Shown here piece by piece: positions 1-6,465 of a stretch of DNA of 41,858 bases. The notes beneath the pieces are model-generated. The model did not search any database, was not told where the DNA came from, and saw nothing but the letters and a program-made list of their open reading frames with translations. Every line of letters begins with the position of its first letter. Position 1 is the first letter of the stretch. Origin of the DNA: a virus (lineage: Duplodnaviria > Caudoviricetes); the IMG/VR virus record IMGVR_UViG_3300027653_000026, positions 1 through 41,858 of that record. The stretch is one strand, 5' to 3'. The position numbers and the translations under genes are program-made.

Positions 1-173
1 GGCACGAAAGGGGCGGGTCAGGGTACGCTCCAATTGTGATTGATGTAGGTGTTCCCACATACCAGAGGCGAAGAGTGGAACTACGGATAGGGATCACCAG
101 ATCTGACAACTCGGGGAGCAATGACATTTTAATCTTTCGGATCAACAGAGCGTTTCAAACTGATGATCCATAA
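1..173 (+). CDS. C-terminal fragment of tail spike/Tal protein, variant allele (5' truncated by window edge)
   Basis: Frame from nt 3 reads ...YAPIVIDVGVPTYQRRRVELRIG...FRINRAFQTDDP*, homologous to the end of 36476-38716 (YLPMTIDLGTPTFQRRAVDLRIG...FRLNRVFLTDFI*). Confidence 0.85.
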   Translation, partial: HERGGSGYAPIVIDVGVPTYQRRRVELRIGITRSDNSGSNDILIFRINRAFQTDDP

Positions 174-191
174 TAAATGAGGTGATAATTA

Positions 192-494
192 ATGGTTGAA
201 ACATATGATTCTAGGCATCCCGGTACTGTTAAGGTGTTTTTTGTAGTTTCCGAAGACGTGGTTACATCGATTATTATAGGCAATCAAACAGTTTCAACAG
301 GTCGAGGTTATCAATTTTATATAGAGGATCACGTAGCTGAACAGATTGATAAATGCGAGCTAGTGATTGATGGACTAACCCCAAAGCTAGTAGTTAAAGA
401 AGGGGAAGTTATCTACGAGCCAGAAAAGACAGAAAAGGAACTTGAAATCGAGAGGTTGAAGCACGAATTAGAACAACTAGAAAACGCTGATTAA
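192..494 (+). CDS. Small tail-associated hypothetical protein (allele A)
   Basis: GAGGTG RBS; close homolog at 38726-39034 in the same synteny. Confidence 0.8.
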   Translation: MVETYDSRHPGTVKVFFVVSEDVVTSIIIGNQTVSTGRGYQFYIEDHVAEQIDKCELVIDGLTPKLVVKEGEVIYEPEKTEKELEIERLKHELEQLENAD

Positions 495-713
495 GGCGTA
501 TATTATATTAAATGGAGGTGTTAGAAAATGAATATGATTAAATTGCTTTTCAAATTTTATAAAGCGTTAAAAAATGTTGACGATAGTGGCGTGATAGTGA
601 TTAGGTTATCAAAGTCAGATAGTAAATACAAAATCAATCGCATGTACACGGAAGATAAATAAGAAGTAAAGTTAGGGATGAAAAACTAGAAAACGCCGAG
701 TAGGGCGTTATTT
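475..713 (+). repeat. ~30-bp imperfect direct repeats (475-504, 684-713) flanking a 44-aa ORF
   Basis: aactagaaaacgcTgaTtaAggcgt vs aactagaaaacgcCgaGtaGggcgt; same pair at 39015 and 39224. Confidence 0.8.
528..662 (+). CDS. 44-aa basic hypothetical protein
   Basis: GGAGGTG RBS; MNMIKLLFKFYKALKNVDDSGVIVIRLSKSDSKYKINRMYTEDK; identical copy at 39068-39202. Confidence 0.7.
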   Translation: MNMIKLLFKFYKALKNVDDSGVIVIRLSKSDSKYKINRMYTEDK

Positions 714-717
714 TTAT
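691..717 (+). terminator. Probable intrinsic terminator
   Basis: aacgcc-gagtag-ggcgtt followed by attttt. Confidence 0.6.
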
Positions 718-740
718 GTAATAAAACAGGGGGATGTAAA

Positions 741-1013
741 TTGGATGAGAAAAACAAACAATGGTTTACCAACAAAGATTTATTCATTTTAATAAATGAA
801 TTGCAAGGCGACCTAGCCGAGACTAAGGCGATCATTAAAAAGTATAACGGATTATATACAAAGTTGACTGAGGTAAAACAAGATGTGGACGAGATCAAGG
901 CAGTACAAAAAGGGAAAACATCAGTAGGTGAAGCAATTAAATCATGGGGTGGGTGGCTATTCGGCCTCGTATCCCTTATTTTTATGCTTATTAAATTTTA
1001 TGGAGGAATGTAA
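741..1013 (+). CDS. Coiled-coil protein with C-terminal TM helix (XhlA/hemolysin-like lysis accessory), allele A
   Basis: TTG start after GGGGG RBS; hydrophobic C-terminus; immediately upstream of holin. Confidence 0.65.
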   Translation: MDEKNKQWFTNKDLFILINELQGDLAETKAIIKKYNGLYTKLTEVKQDVDEIKAVQKGKTSVGEAIKSWGGWLFGLVSLIFMLIKFYGGM

Positions 1014-1015
1014 AA

Positions 1016-1276
1016 ATGGAAGAAATACTAATCTTAGCAACATCAATTGCGTTGCTAGTCGGTGCAATCGTTGAGGTAGTCAAACGCGCTACTTTAGTTA
1101 ACGATCGATTCTTGCCGATCGTTGCGCTATGCGTGGGAATTTTAGTAGGGGCTGCTGCCGTGTTTTTAGATGCGGATATGACTATGCGGATGTGGGCGGG
1201 TGGTATTGCAGGCTTAATGTCTGTTGGGATATTTGAAACAGGTAAGAATATCAAGGAGGAGATCGATCATGGTTAA
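1016..1276 (+). CDS. Holin (allele A)
   Basis: 86 aa, three hydrophobic segments, charged C-terminus, overlaps endolysin start. Confidence 0.85.
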   Translation: MEEILILATSIALLVGAIVEVVKRATLVNDRFLPIVALCVGILVGAAAVFLDADMTMRMWAGGIAGLMSVGIFETGKNIKEEIDHG

Positions 1277-2213
1277 GATATATAAACGTAATTTAAGTTT
1301 TAATGGCAGATTGACTCCACTGAATAAGTCGCGAGTAACCCAAATCGTACAACACCATATGGCACATAAGTCATGGCATCTTGATGATGTTCATAACTAT
1401 CATAAGAACGGTAATGGTTGGGCGGGGATCGGCTATAATTACTGGATTGATTTTAAAGGTAACATCTATGCAGGTAGAGGAATGAACATTGGAGCACATG
1501 CCAGTGGTTACAACAGCACAACTATTGGAGTAGGTTATCAAGGTGACTTTACTGCTCAAACGATGCCTAAGGCTCAACTAGACGCAGGTATAGCGCTCAA
1601 CAAATGGTTAATGGGTCAGCTGCCTAACAAAGTATCTATTGTTGGACATAATGATGTGGGCAGTACGGCTTGTCCTGGTAAAAACTTTAGGATGAGTGAG
1701 CTTAAGGCAGGTGTGGGATCATCCACAAGCAAGCCTACACACGTGCCTAAACCTAAGACGTCTAGTAATCTAGGTTTAGTTGACTATTTAAAGTCTAAGG
1801 GGATCAATTCCAGTTACTCTAACCGTAAAAAGTTAGCTAAAAAGCACGGCATAAGCAATTACAGCGGTACAGCGAGTCAAAACAATAGTTTGCTAGCCAA
1901 GATTAAGGGTGGCGGTAAAACGTCCACAAGCAAGCCTAGCGCTAACCTAAAGGTAGATGGATATTGGGGGAAAGCCACGACGCGGGCATTACAGCGTTAT
2001 TTTAAAACTCCTGTAGATGGTGTTATTAGTAAACCGAGTACAGTTATTAAAGCTTTACAAAAGTTGTTAAAAGTCAAGGCAGATGGATATACCGGACCTA
2101 TTACGTACAGGGCTATGCAACGCAGGTTTAAAACGCCTGTAGACGGTAAAGTTAGTAAGCCTAGCGTAATGGTAAAAGAATTACAGCGTAGATTAAATAG
2201 AGGTAAGTTGTAA
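1269..2213 (+). CDS. Endolysin: N-acetylmuramoyl-L-alanine amidase (Amidase_2/PGRP-like) with DUF3597-like and repeated PG-binding domains
   Basis: HH...GWAGIGYNY...GAHA...GHNDVGSTACPG Zn-amidase motifs; start moved to ATG 1269 after AAGGAGG. Confidence 0.92.
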   Translation: MVKIYKRNLSFNGRLTPLNKSRVTQIVQHHMAHKSWHLDDVHNYHKNGNGWAGIGYNYWIDFKGNIYAGRGMNIGAHASGYNSTTIGVGYQGDFTAQTMPKAQLDAGIALNKWLMGQLPNKVSIVGHNDVGSTACPGKNFRMSELKAGVGSSTSKPTHVPKPKTSSNLGLVDYLKSKGINSSYSNRKKLAKKHGISNYSGTASQNNSLLAKIKGGGKTSTSKPSANLKVDGYWGKATTRALQRYFKTPVDGVISKPSTVIKALQKLLKVKADGYTGPITYRAMQRRFKTPVDGKVSKPSVMVKELQRRLNRGKL

Positions 2214-2274
2214 ACATAAAATAATTGATTAAAATTGCTCTATCGTCTATATTAGAGTCCGTAAAGCAATGCTA

Positions 2275-2458
2275 GTAGTACACAGGTAGTATACAAAATA
2301 AGCGTGTAACAGTTGGTGTGTAGCGCTTTAAAAATACTATAATTGTACAGTCACACTAATGCCAAAAGCCCACAGGCATAGTCCTTGTGGGCTTTATATT
2401 TTTATAAAAACATATAGAAGTCGGTTAAATCATGCAGGTAGTATACACGTAGTACACA
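2275..2458. other. attP-like region with two pairs of integrase arm-type repeats
   Basis: GTAGTA(C/T)ACA at 2275, 2286, 2438 and 2449, between lysin and integrase; crossover core not identified. Confidence 0.75.
2365..2395. terminator. Probable bidirectional terminator between lysin and integrase
   Basis: aaagcccaca...tgtgggcttt 10-bp stem between convergent genes. Confidence 0.75.
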
Positions 2459-3511
2459 CTAAATGAGGTCGATGGCTATTAATAATTGTTCCAGATCTTT
2501 GTGTGTATAAACTCCGTCCGTCACATCACTTATAACGTGTCCCATAATCCTTTTAATCGATACTTTGTTAGCATTAGCATTATCCATAAGAGTTCCAAAT
2601 GTATGTCGGCATTCGTGGATCGTATGATCTAATCCTAATTCTTTCATCATTGGGGCCCATCGCCTTCTAAATATTTGGTAAGTCATCCTATCCCCTCTTG
2701 AGTTTACAAACAAGTGCTTGTCCTTTGAGTTTTTTCTTTTCTCGATAAGAGGGACAATCTTTTTATTAAGAGGCACAACCCTATTTTTGCCGGCATCTGT
2801 TTTTAATCCTCCTGTTAAAAATCGATCATCTAAATTAATATCCTTTTTATCTACAGTTGTAAGCAACTCACTTACCCTCAATCCTGTATAAATCATAATC
2901 AAGGTAGCATCTGCTAATTCGTACTTGTCCACATTATCCCACAATATTTCTATCTCATCATCTGTAAATGGTTTTTTGGAGCTTGGCTTATTATCGGCGG
3001 GGACTTTGACAAATTCGGAGTAATCCTTTTCCACGACGTCTCTTTTTCTTGCGTATGCGTACATCTGATTAAACAAGCTATTAAGCCTGTTGTTGCTTGA
3101 ATAACCTAATCCCGATGTATCTATCACGTCTTGCATGTGGTGCGCTCTAATCTCATTAAAAGCAAGTTCATACAGTGGTTTAGAGTTGTTGTAAGCTGTA
3201 GTATACCCATCGATCAGTGCCTTTGATGCTTGGTCATCCCTTCCGATTCTATATTTTTCTTTGCTCCATTTCGAATATATTTCATCAAATGTTACCTTGC
3301 GGGCATCTATGTCATATGGATCTTGATTGTATTCCGCCAAAGCAATCATGGCATCTGTCCTTGATTTATAATAGCCTACATACTTAAATACCTGTCTTTC
3401 TTTCCCTGTTTTGTGATTGATCTTCCAACCATCCGTAACTCTTACAGCAAAGGGCCTCCTACGTTTACCGCTAAGTTTAATTACTGACCCATAACCATTT
3501 GGATTTTTGAT
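2459..3511 (-). CDS. int: Tyrosine integrase (350 aa, probable ATC start)
   Basis: TGLRVSE, HECRHT, MGH...VYTH catalytic motifs; frame open 54 codons upstream of the ORF-track ATG, reading (I)KNPNGYGSVIKLSGKRRRPFAVR, 8 nt after AGGAGG. Confidence 0.93.
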   Translation of the reverse strand: MKNPNGYGSVIKLSGKRRRPFAVRVTDGWKINHKTGKERQVFKYVGYYKSRTDAMIALAEYNQDPYDIDARKVTFDEIYSKWSKEKYRIGRDDQASKALIDGYTTAYNNSKPLYELAFNEIRAHHMQDVIDTSGLGYSSNNRLNSLFNQMYAYARKRDVVEKDYSEFVKVPADNKPSSKKPFTDDEIEILWDNVDKYELADATLIMIYTGLRVSELLTTVDKKDINLDDRFLTGGLKTDAGKNRVVPLNKKIVPLIEKRKNSKDKHLFVNSRGDRMTYQIFRRRWAPMMKELGLDHTIHECRHTFGTLMDNANANKVSIKRIMGHVISDVTDGVYTHKDLEQLLIAIDLI

Positions 3512-3536
3512 TTTAATAACCTCCTAAAATAAACAT

Positions 3537-3550
3537 AGAACATTTGTTCT
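3537..3550. promoter_or_regulatory. LexA (Cheo) SOS box
   Basis: aGAAC-attt-GTTCt matches the Bacillota GAAC-N4-GTTC consensus. Confidence 0.8.
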
Positions 3551-3553
3551 GAA

Positions 3554-3564
3554 TGTGATACACT
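3554..3564 (+). promoter_or_regulatory. Rightward extended -10 promoter whose -35 position is covered by the LexA box
   Basis: TGTG-A-TACACT fits TRTGnTAnnnT; 17 bp upstream lies TAGAAC (3536-3541). Confidence 0.6.
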
Positions 3565-3587
3565 GTATGTAGTAAGCGATACCACTT

Positions 3588-3635
3588 TCCATAATGTACC
3601 ACGTCTTACCGCTTGCATTAATGGTACATTATGGA
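3588..3635. repeat. Perfect 14-bp inverted repeat with 20-nt loop
   Basis: tccataatgtacca (3588-3601) / tggtacattatgga (3622-3635). Confidence 0.9.
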
Positions 3636-3671
3636 TGCAGTCATCATAACTTACATAAAGGCGGGATAGTA

Positions 3672-3734
3672 ATGACAGATAAAGAGTTACAGCTTCTGGT
3701 CGAATATGTGGAGTTGGTTAGAGACAACACCTAG
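3672..3734 (+). CDS. Putative 20-aa peptide convergent on the repressor
   Basis: MTDKELQLLVEYVELVRDNT*; weak RBS aaaggcggg; stop overlaps repressor stop (CTAG). Confidence 0.4.
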   Translation: MTDKELQLLVEYVELVRDNT

Positions 3735-4126
3735 TTCATTTTATCGTAATAATCTACTGTAAACTTTATACTCTCCAAGAACTTCTCCCTCTCTTCTCCA
3801 TCCATTGAGAGGGTCTTTTCTATTAGCTTGTTAAGGAAATCCATATCTTTTATGTCAAGGCCTTCAGTCATCTTGAGGGCTCTTTCTAGTTCGCTCGTTT
3901 TGTTTTCTCTCTCAGGAAAGAAGTCGTCTACGCTAACATCCAACGCCTCGGCTATTTTAAAGATGGCGTTTTGTTCGGGTGCGTTTCTACCCATTTCATA
4001 AGCTGAAATCGTGTTGTGTTGGACTCCTATTATGTCCCCTAACTCTTTTTGGGTCATTTTAAGCTTTGTTCTTTCTTCTTTTATACGCTTTCCAACAAAT
4101 AATTTGATTTCTTTTTCATTCATCAT
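3731..4126 (-). CDS. Xre/CI-like immunity repressor (131 aa, no S24 peptidase domain evident)
   Basis: GKRIKEER...MTQKELG...TISAYEMGRNAP HTH; GAAGGAG RBS before ATG 4126; divergent from cro. Confidence 0.88.
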   Translation of the reverse strand: MMNEKEIKLFVGKRIKEERTKLKMTQKELGDIIGVQHNTISAYEMGRNAPEQNAIFKIAEALDVSVDDFFPERENKTSELERALKMTEGLDIKDMDFLNKLIEKTLSMDGEEREKFLESIKFTVDYYDKMN

Positions 4127-4216
4127 TTTCCGACTCCTTCTATTAAGTACTATATACACTATAACACGATCTTTTGTAAAAGTGTACATATATCTATATA
4201 AAGTGCATTTTTGTGC

Positions 4217-4249
4217 TTGACTTTTCTATAACCTCTATGTATTATAGAG
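4217..4249 (+). promoter_or_regulatory. Early rightward sigmaA promoter with overlapping candidate operator
   Basis: TTGACT-17-TATTAT (4217-4245); palindrome CTCTAT-N5-ATAGAG (4233-4249) over the -10. Confidence 0.7.
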
Positions 4250-4278
4250 TCAGTGCTTCAGAAGAGGAGGGCAACAAA

Positions 4279-4506
4279 GTGAAACAAACTGAACTTGCAT
4301 CAGTCAGACGCTATAAAGATATTACGCAACAAGAAATGGCTAAACTACTTAATTTAAGTGTGAACGGATATTCGAAAAAAGAAAGAGGAGTCAACGAGTT
4401 CACGCTAAACGAAATGTTTATTATAAGCAGTGAGTTTGGTAGACAGATAGAAGATATTTTTTTACCAACCGACTCTACGCTACGTGTAATTGACAAGGCA
4501 GAGTAA
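4279..4506 (+). CDS. Cro-like Xre HTH regulator
   Basis: GTG after GAGGAGG; TQQEMAKLL...YSKKERG...FTLNE...IEDIF. Confidence 0.85.
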   Translation: MKQTELASVRRYKDITQQEMAKLLNLSVNGYSKKERGVNEFTLNEMFIISSEFGRQIEDIFLPTDSTLRVIDKAE

Positions 4507-4522
4507 CACAAAAACTAAATAC

Positions 4523-4674
4523 CGACACACCCTGTCATCAATATTCAACCGAGCAAAACGAGTTTCGCCATAACATCCCACTTGAAGGATCGAGCGACCG
4601 AGCGCAACTGAAAATAGATAGCAATAAAAATAGCGCTTGCCAAGACGTTGAATCTTGATGAGGGGGTGTAGTCG
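4523..4674 (+). ncRNA. Candidate structured cis-regulatory RNA downstream of cro
   Basis: Arms 4523-4549 and 4647-4674 are imperfect reverse complements enclosing 97 nt with internal stems; strand assumed from operon direction. Confidence 0.55.
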
Positions 4675-4696
4675 AGAAAACAAGGAGGTGGATAGA

Positions 4697-4855
4697 ATGA
4701 GCGAGATCAAAATGAACATAACGGTTGATACTTCGGAATTAACGGAGACGATAGAAAAAGTCGAAAGATTGGGCGAGTTAATGAGAGAAGCCAACTCATT
4801 GTCAGATGAATTGGCATCAAAAGAAATTAACATAAGCGTTTCAACTAATAACTAA
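4697..4855 (+). CDS. 52-aa hypothetical protein
   Basis: AAGGAGGTG RBS; MSEIKMNITVDTSEL... Confidence 0.75.
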   Translation: MSEIKMNITVDTSELTETIEKVERLGELMREANSLSDELASKEINISVSTNN

Positions 4856-5057
4856 CATCAAGTTCAATATTACGATCACAATGCGGACAAGCATTTTTAC
4901 CGCTCTTGACTTTAATGTCTTCCTTACAATGCGGGCATTCAATATCTACCTTCATTGTTTTGGCAGCATCCTTTACGATTTCGTCTGCTTGATTCTTTAA
5001 ATCTCTATTGAGTTTACGCATGTCAGACTTTTTACCAATATTATATTTCTTAGACAT
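4845..5057 (-). CDS. 70-aa Zn-ribbon protein (counter-oriented moron)
   Basis: AGGGGGTGA RBS; two CPHC motifs; TGgTAGAAT extended -10 upstream. Confidence 0.75.
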   Translation of the reverse strand: MSKKYNIGKKSDMRKLNRDLKNQADEIVKDAAKTMKVDIECPHCKEDIKVKSGKNACPHCDRNIELDVSY

Positions 5058-5118
5058 AGTATCACCCCCTATTAATAAGATTCTACCATAATTGGGAAAA
5101 TTAGGAGGAAATAAAATA

Positions 5119-5862
5119 ATGAATGAATTAATGACGAAGAACGACATTAGAATGACTAGTTTAGATGTAGCGGAGTTGACAGGAAAGAAACACCAACACG
5201 TTATGCGGGATGTGCGCAATGAAATGGAGGATTTAGGTGAAGAAGTAGCCCGATCCATTTTTGGACACGGCTCATACAAAGACAAAAACAACCAAAGCAG
5301 ACCTTGTTATGAATTTGGTAAAGACGGAGCAATGCAACTCGCATTAAAATACGATGCAAAAACAAGATTTAAAGTTATCAAGCGAATCGAGGAATTAGAA
5401 AACAGTCAATCAGGTTTACCTAGCAATTATAAAGAAGCGTTAATCCAACTTGTTGGCCGAGTGGAAGAAAACGAAAAGCTCGAGACCAAAAACAACATGC
5501 TTACTCAACAAAATAAAGAGTTGCAACCAAAAGCAGATTACACAGATTCAATACTGAAAAACAAAGGATTAGTAACAATCGGACAGATCGCTAAAGACTA
5601 CGGAATGTCAGCACAAAAAATGAACAAATTGCTCCACGGGTTGAAAATACAGTACAAGCAGAGTGGGCAATGGCTACTGTACAGCAATCATCATGACAAA
5701 GGATATACGCATTCAAAAACTGTCGACATCACTAAGAGTGACGGAACAAAAGACGTGACAATGAATACGAAGTGGACACAAAAAGGTAGATTGTTCATCT
5801 ACGAATTACTGAAGAGTAAGAAAGACTTGCTCCCAATAATCGAAAGAAGCGATAACTCATGA
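5119..5862 (+). CDS. Rha-family / KilAC (ANT) antirepressor
   Basis: N-term MTSLDVAELTGKKH..VMRD (Rha); C-term PKADY...IGQIAKDYG...KWTQKGRLFIYELL (KilAC). Confidence 0.88.
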   Translation: MNELMTKNDIRMTSLDVAELTGKKHQHVMRDVRNEMEDLGEEVARSIFGHGSYKDKNNQSRPCYEFGKDGAMQLALKYDAKTRFKVIKRIEELENSQSGLPSNYKEALIQLVGRVEENEKLETKNNMLTQQNKELQPKADYTDSILKNKGLVTIGQIAKDYGMSAQKMNKLLHGLKIQYKQSGQWLLYSNHHDKGYTHSKTVDITKSDGTKDVTMNTKWTQKGRLFIYELLKSKKDLLPIIERSDNS

Positions 5863-6056
5863 CCCAACAAAACATATCAGTAAAAGATGCTGCTGGAATC
5901 CTGGGTAAATCACAGCAATTTGTGAGAGTGGCACTGCAACAAGATATTTTGCCAATCGGTGTAGCCGTTAAGATGTCGACCGTTTGGACTTATCACATAT
6001 CGCCAAAATTACTAAACGAATATATAGGAGGATCAGACAATGTGGAAAGTAAATGA
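5859..6056 (+). CDS. Excisionase-like small DNA-binding protein
   Basis: ISVKDAAGILGKSQQFVRVALQ...WTYHISP winged-HTH pattern. Confidence 0.65.
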   Translation: MTQQNISVKDAAGILGKSQQFVRVALQQDILPIGVAVKMSTVWTYHISPKLLNEYIGGSDNVESK

Positions 6057-6285
6057 CGAAATATGCTTCAGACACGAACTAGACTTATCAATAACGCAAT
6101 TTGAAACCGGGTATTACAACAACGCAAAGATTCATTTACAAAACGCAATCGGGTCGCTGGAAGAATTGCAGCGCGTTAAAAATAAACAAGACTACGAGAA
6201 TGAGCTTAAAGGATTGCTTGATGAGGTAGCACAAAGGCCAGACAGGATCGAGATTTACAAAAAATTGGTACAAGCTTATGAGTAA
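6040..6285 (+). CDS. Hypothetical protein
   Basis: AGGAGG RBS, coupled ORF. Confidence 0.7.
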   Translation: MWKVNDEICFRHELDLSITQFETGYYNNAKIHLQNAIGSLEELQRVKNKQDYENELKGLLDEVAQRPDRIEIYKKLVQAYE

Positions 6286-6370
6286 GCTCACCGACATGTT
6301 TTACATCGGATGTGCAGCAGGAATATTCATATTTCTATATTACGCACTAACTTACGCAATGACAATATAA
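6278..6370 (+). CDS. 30-aa hydrophobic peptide
   Basis: MSKLTDMFYIGCAAGIFIFLYYALTYAMTI; overlaps previous stop. Confidence 0.5.
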   Translation: MSKLTDMFYIGCAAGIFIFLYYALTYAMTI

Positions 6371-6383
6371 GGGGGTTGACAAT

Positions 6384-6452
6384 ATGTATCACTTACAAGG
6401 ATTTAGCGCAGCTGCTTTTATCGGTCTAGTATTCTTTTTAATCACATTATAA
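6384..6452 (+). CDS. 22-aa hydrophobic peptide
   Basis: AAGGGGG RBS; MYHLQGFSAAAFIGLVFFLITL. Confidence 0.55.
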   Translation: MYHLQGFSAAAFIGLVFFLITL

Positions 6453-6465
6453 GGGGATGAAGTAA

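Noticed and set aside
1-173. Duplicated Tal C-terminus as a DGR template/variable repeat or shufflon cassette
   Set aside because: No reverse transcriptase or invertase in the window; differences involve all bases and indels rather than adenines only; copies are in direct orientation within a larger duplicated module
1224-1268. ORF-track N-terminal extensions (1224, 4189, 4213, 5092, 5291, 9538, 16727, 25708, 40893)
   Set aside because: Downstream starts have proper Shine-Dalgarno spacing and family-typical N-termini
1-1560. Virion terminal direct repeats
   Set aside because: The copies differ in sequence and gene content, and the packaging genes are headful-type
2337-2366. Minus-strand GISVTVQL* as the host gene end duplicated in the att core
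   Set aside because: Not recognisable as a known gene terminus; needs a database search
4480-4833. 117-aa minus-strand ORF across the post-cro element
   Set aside because: No RBS; antisense to an RBS-supported gene and to the cro end
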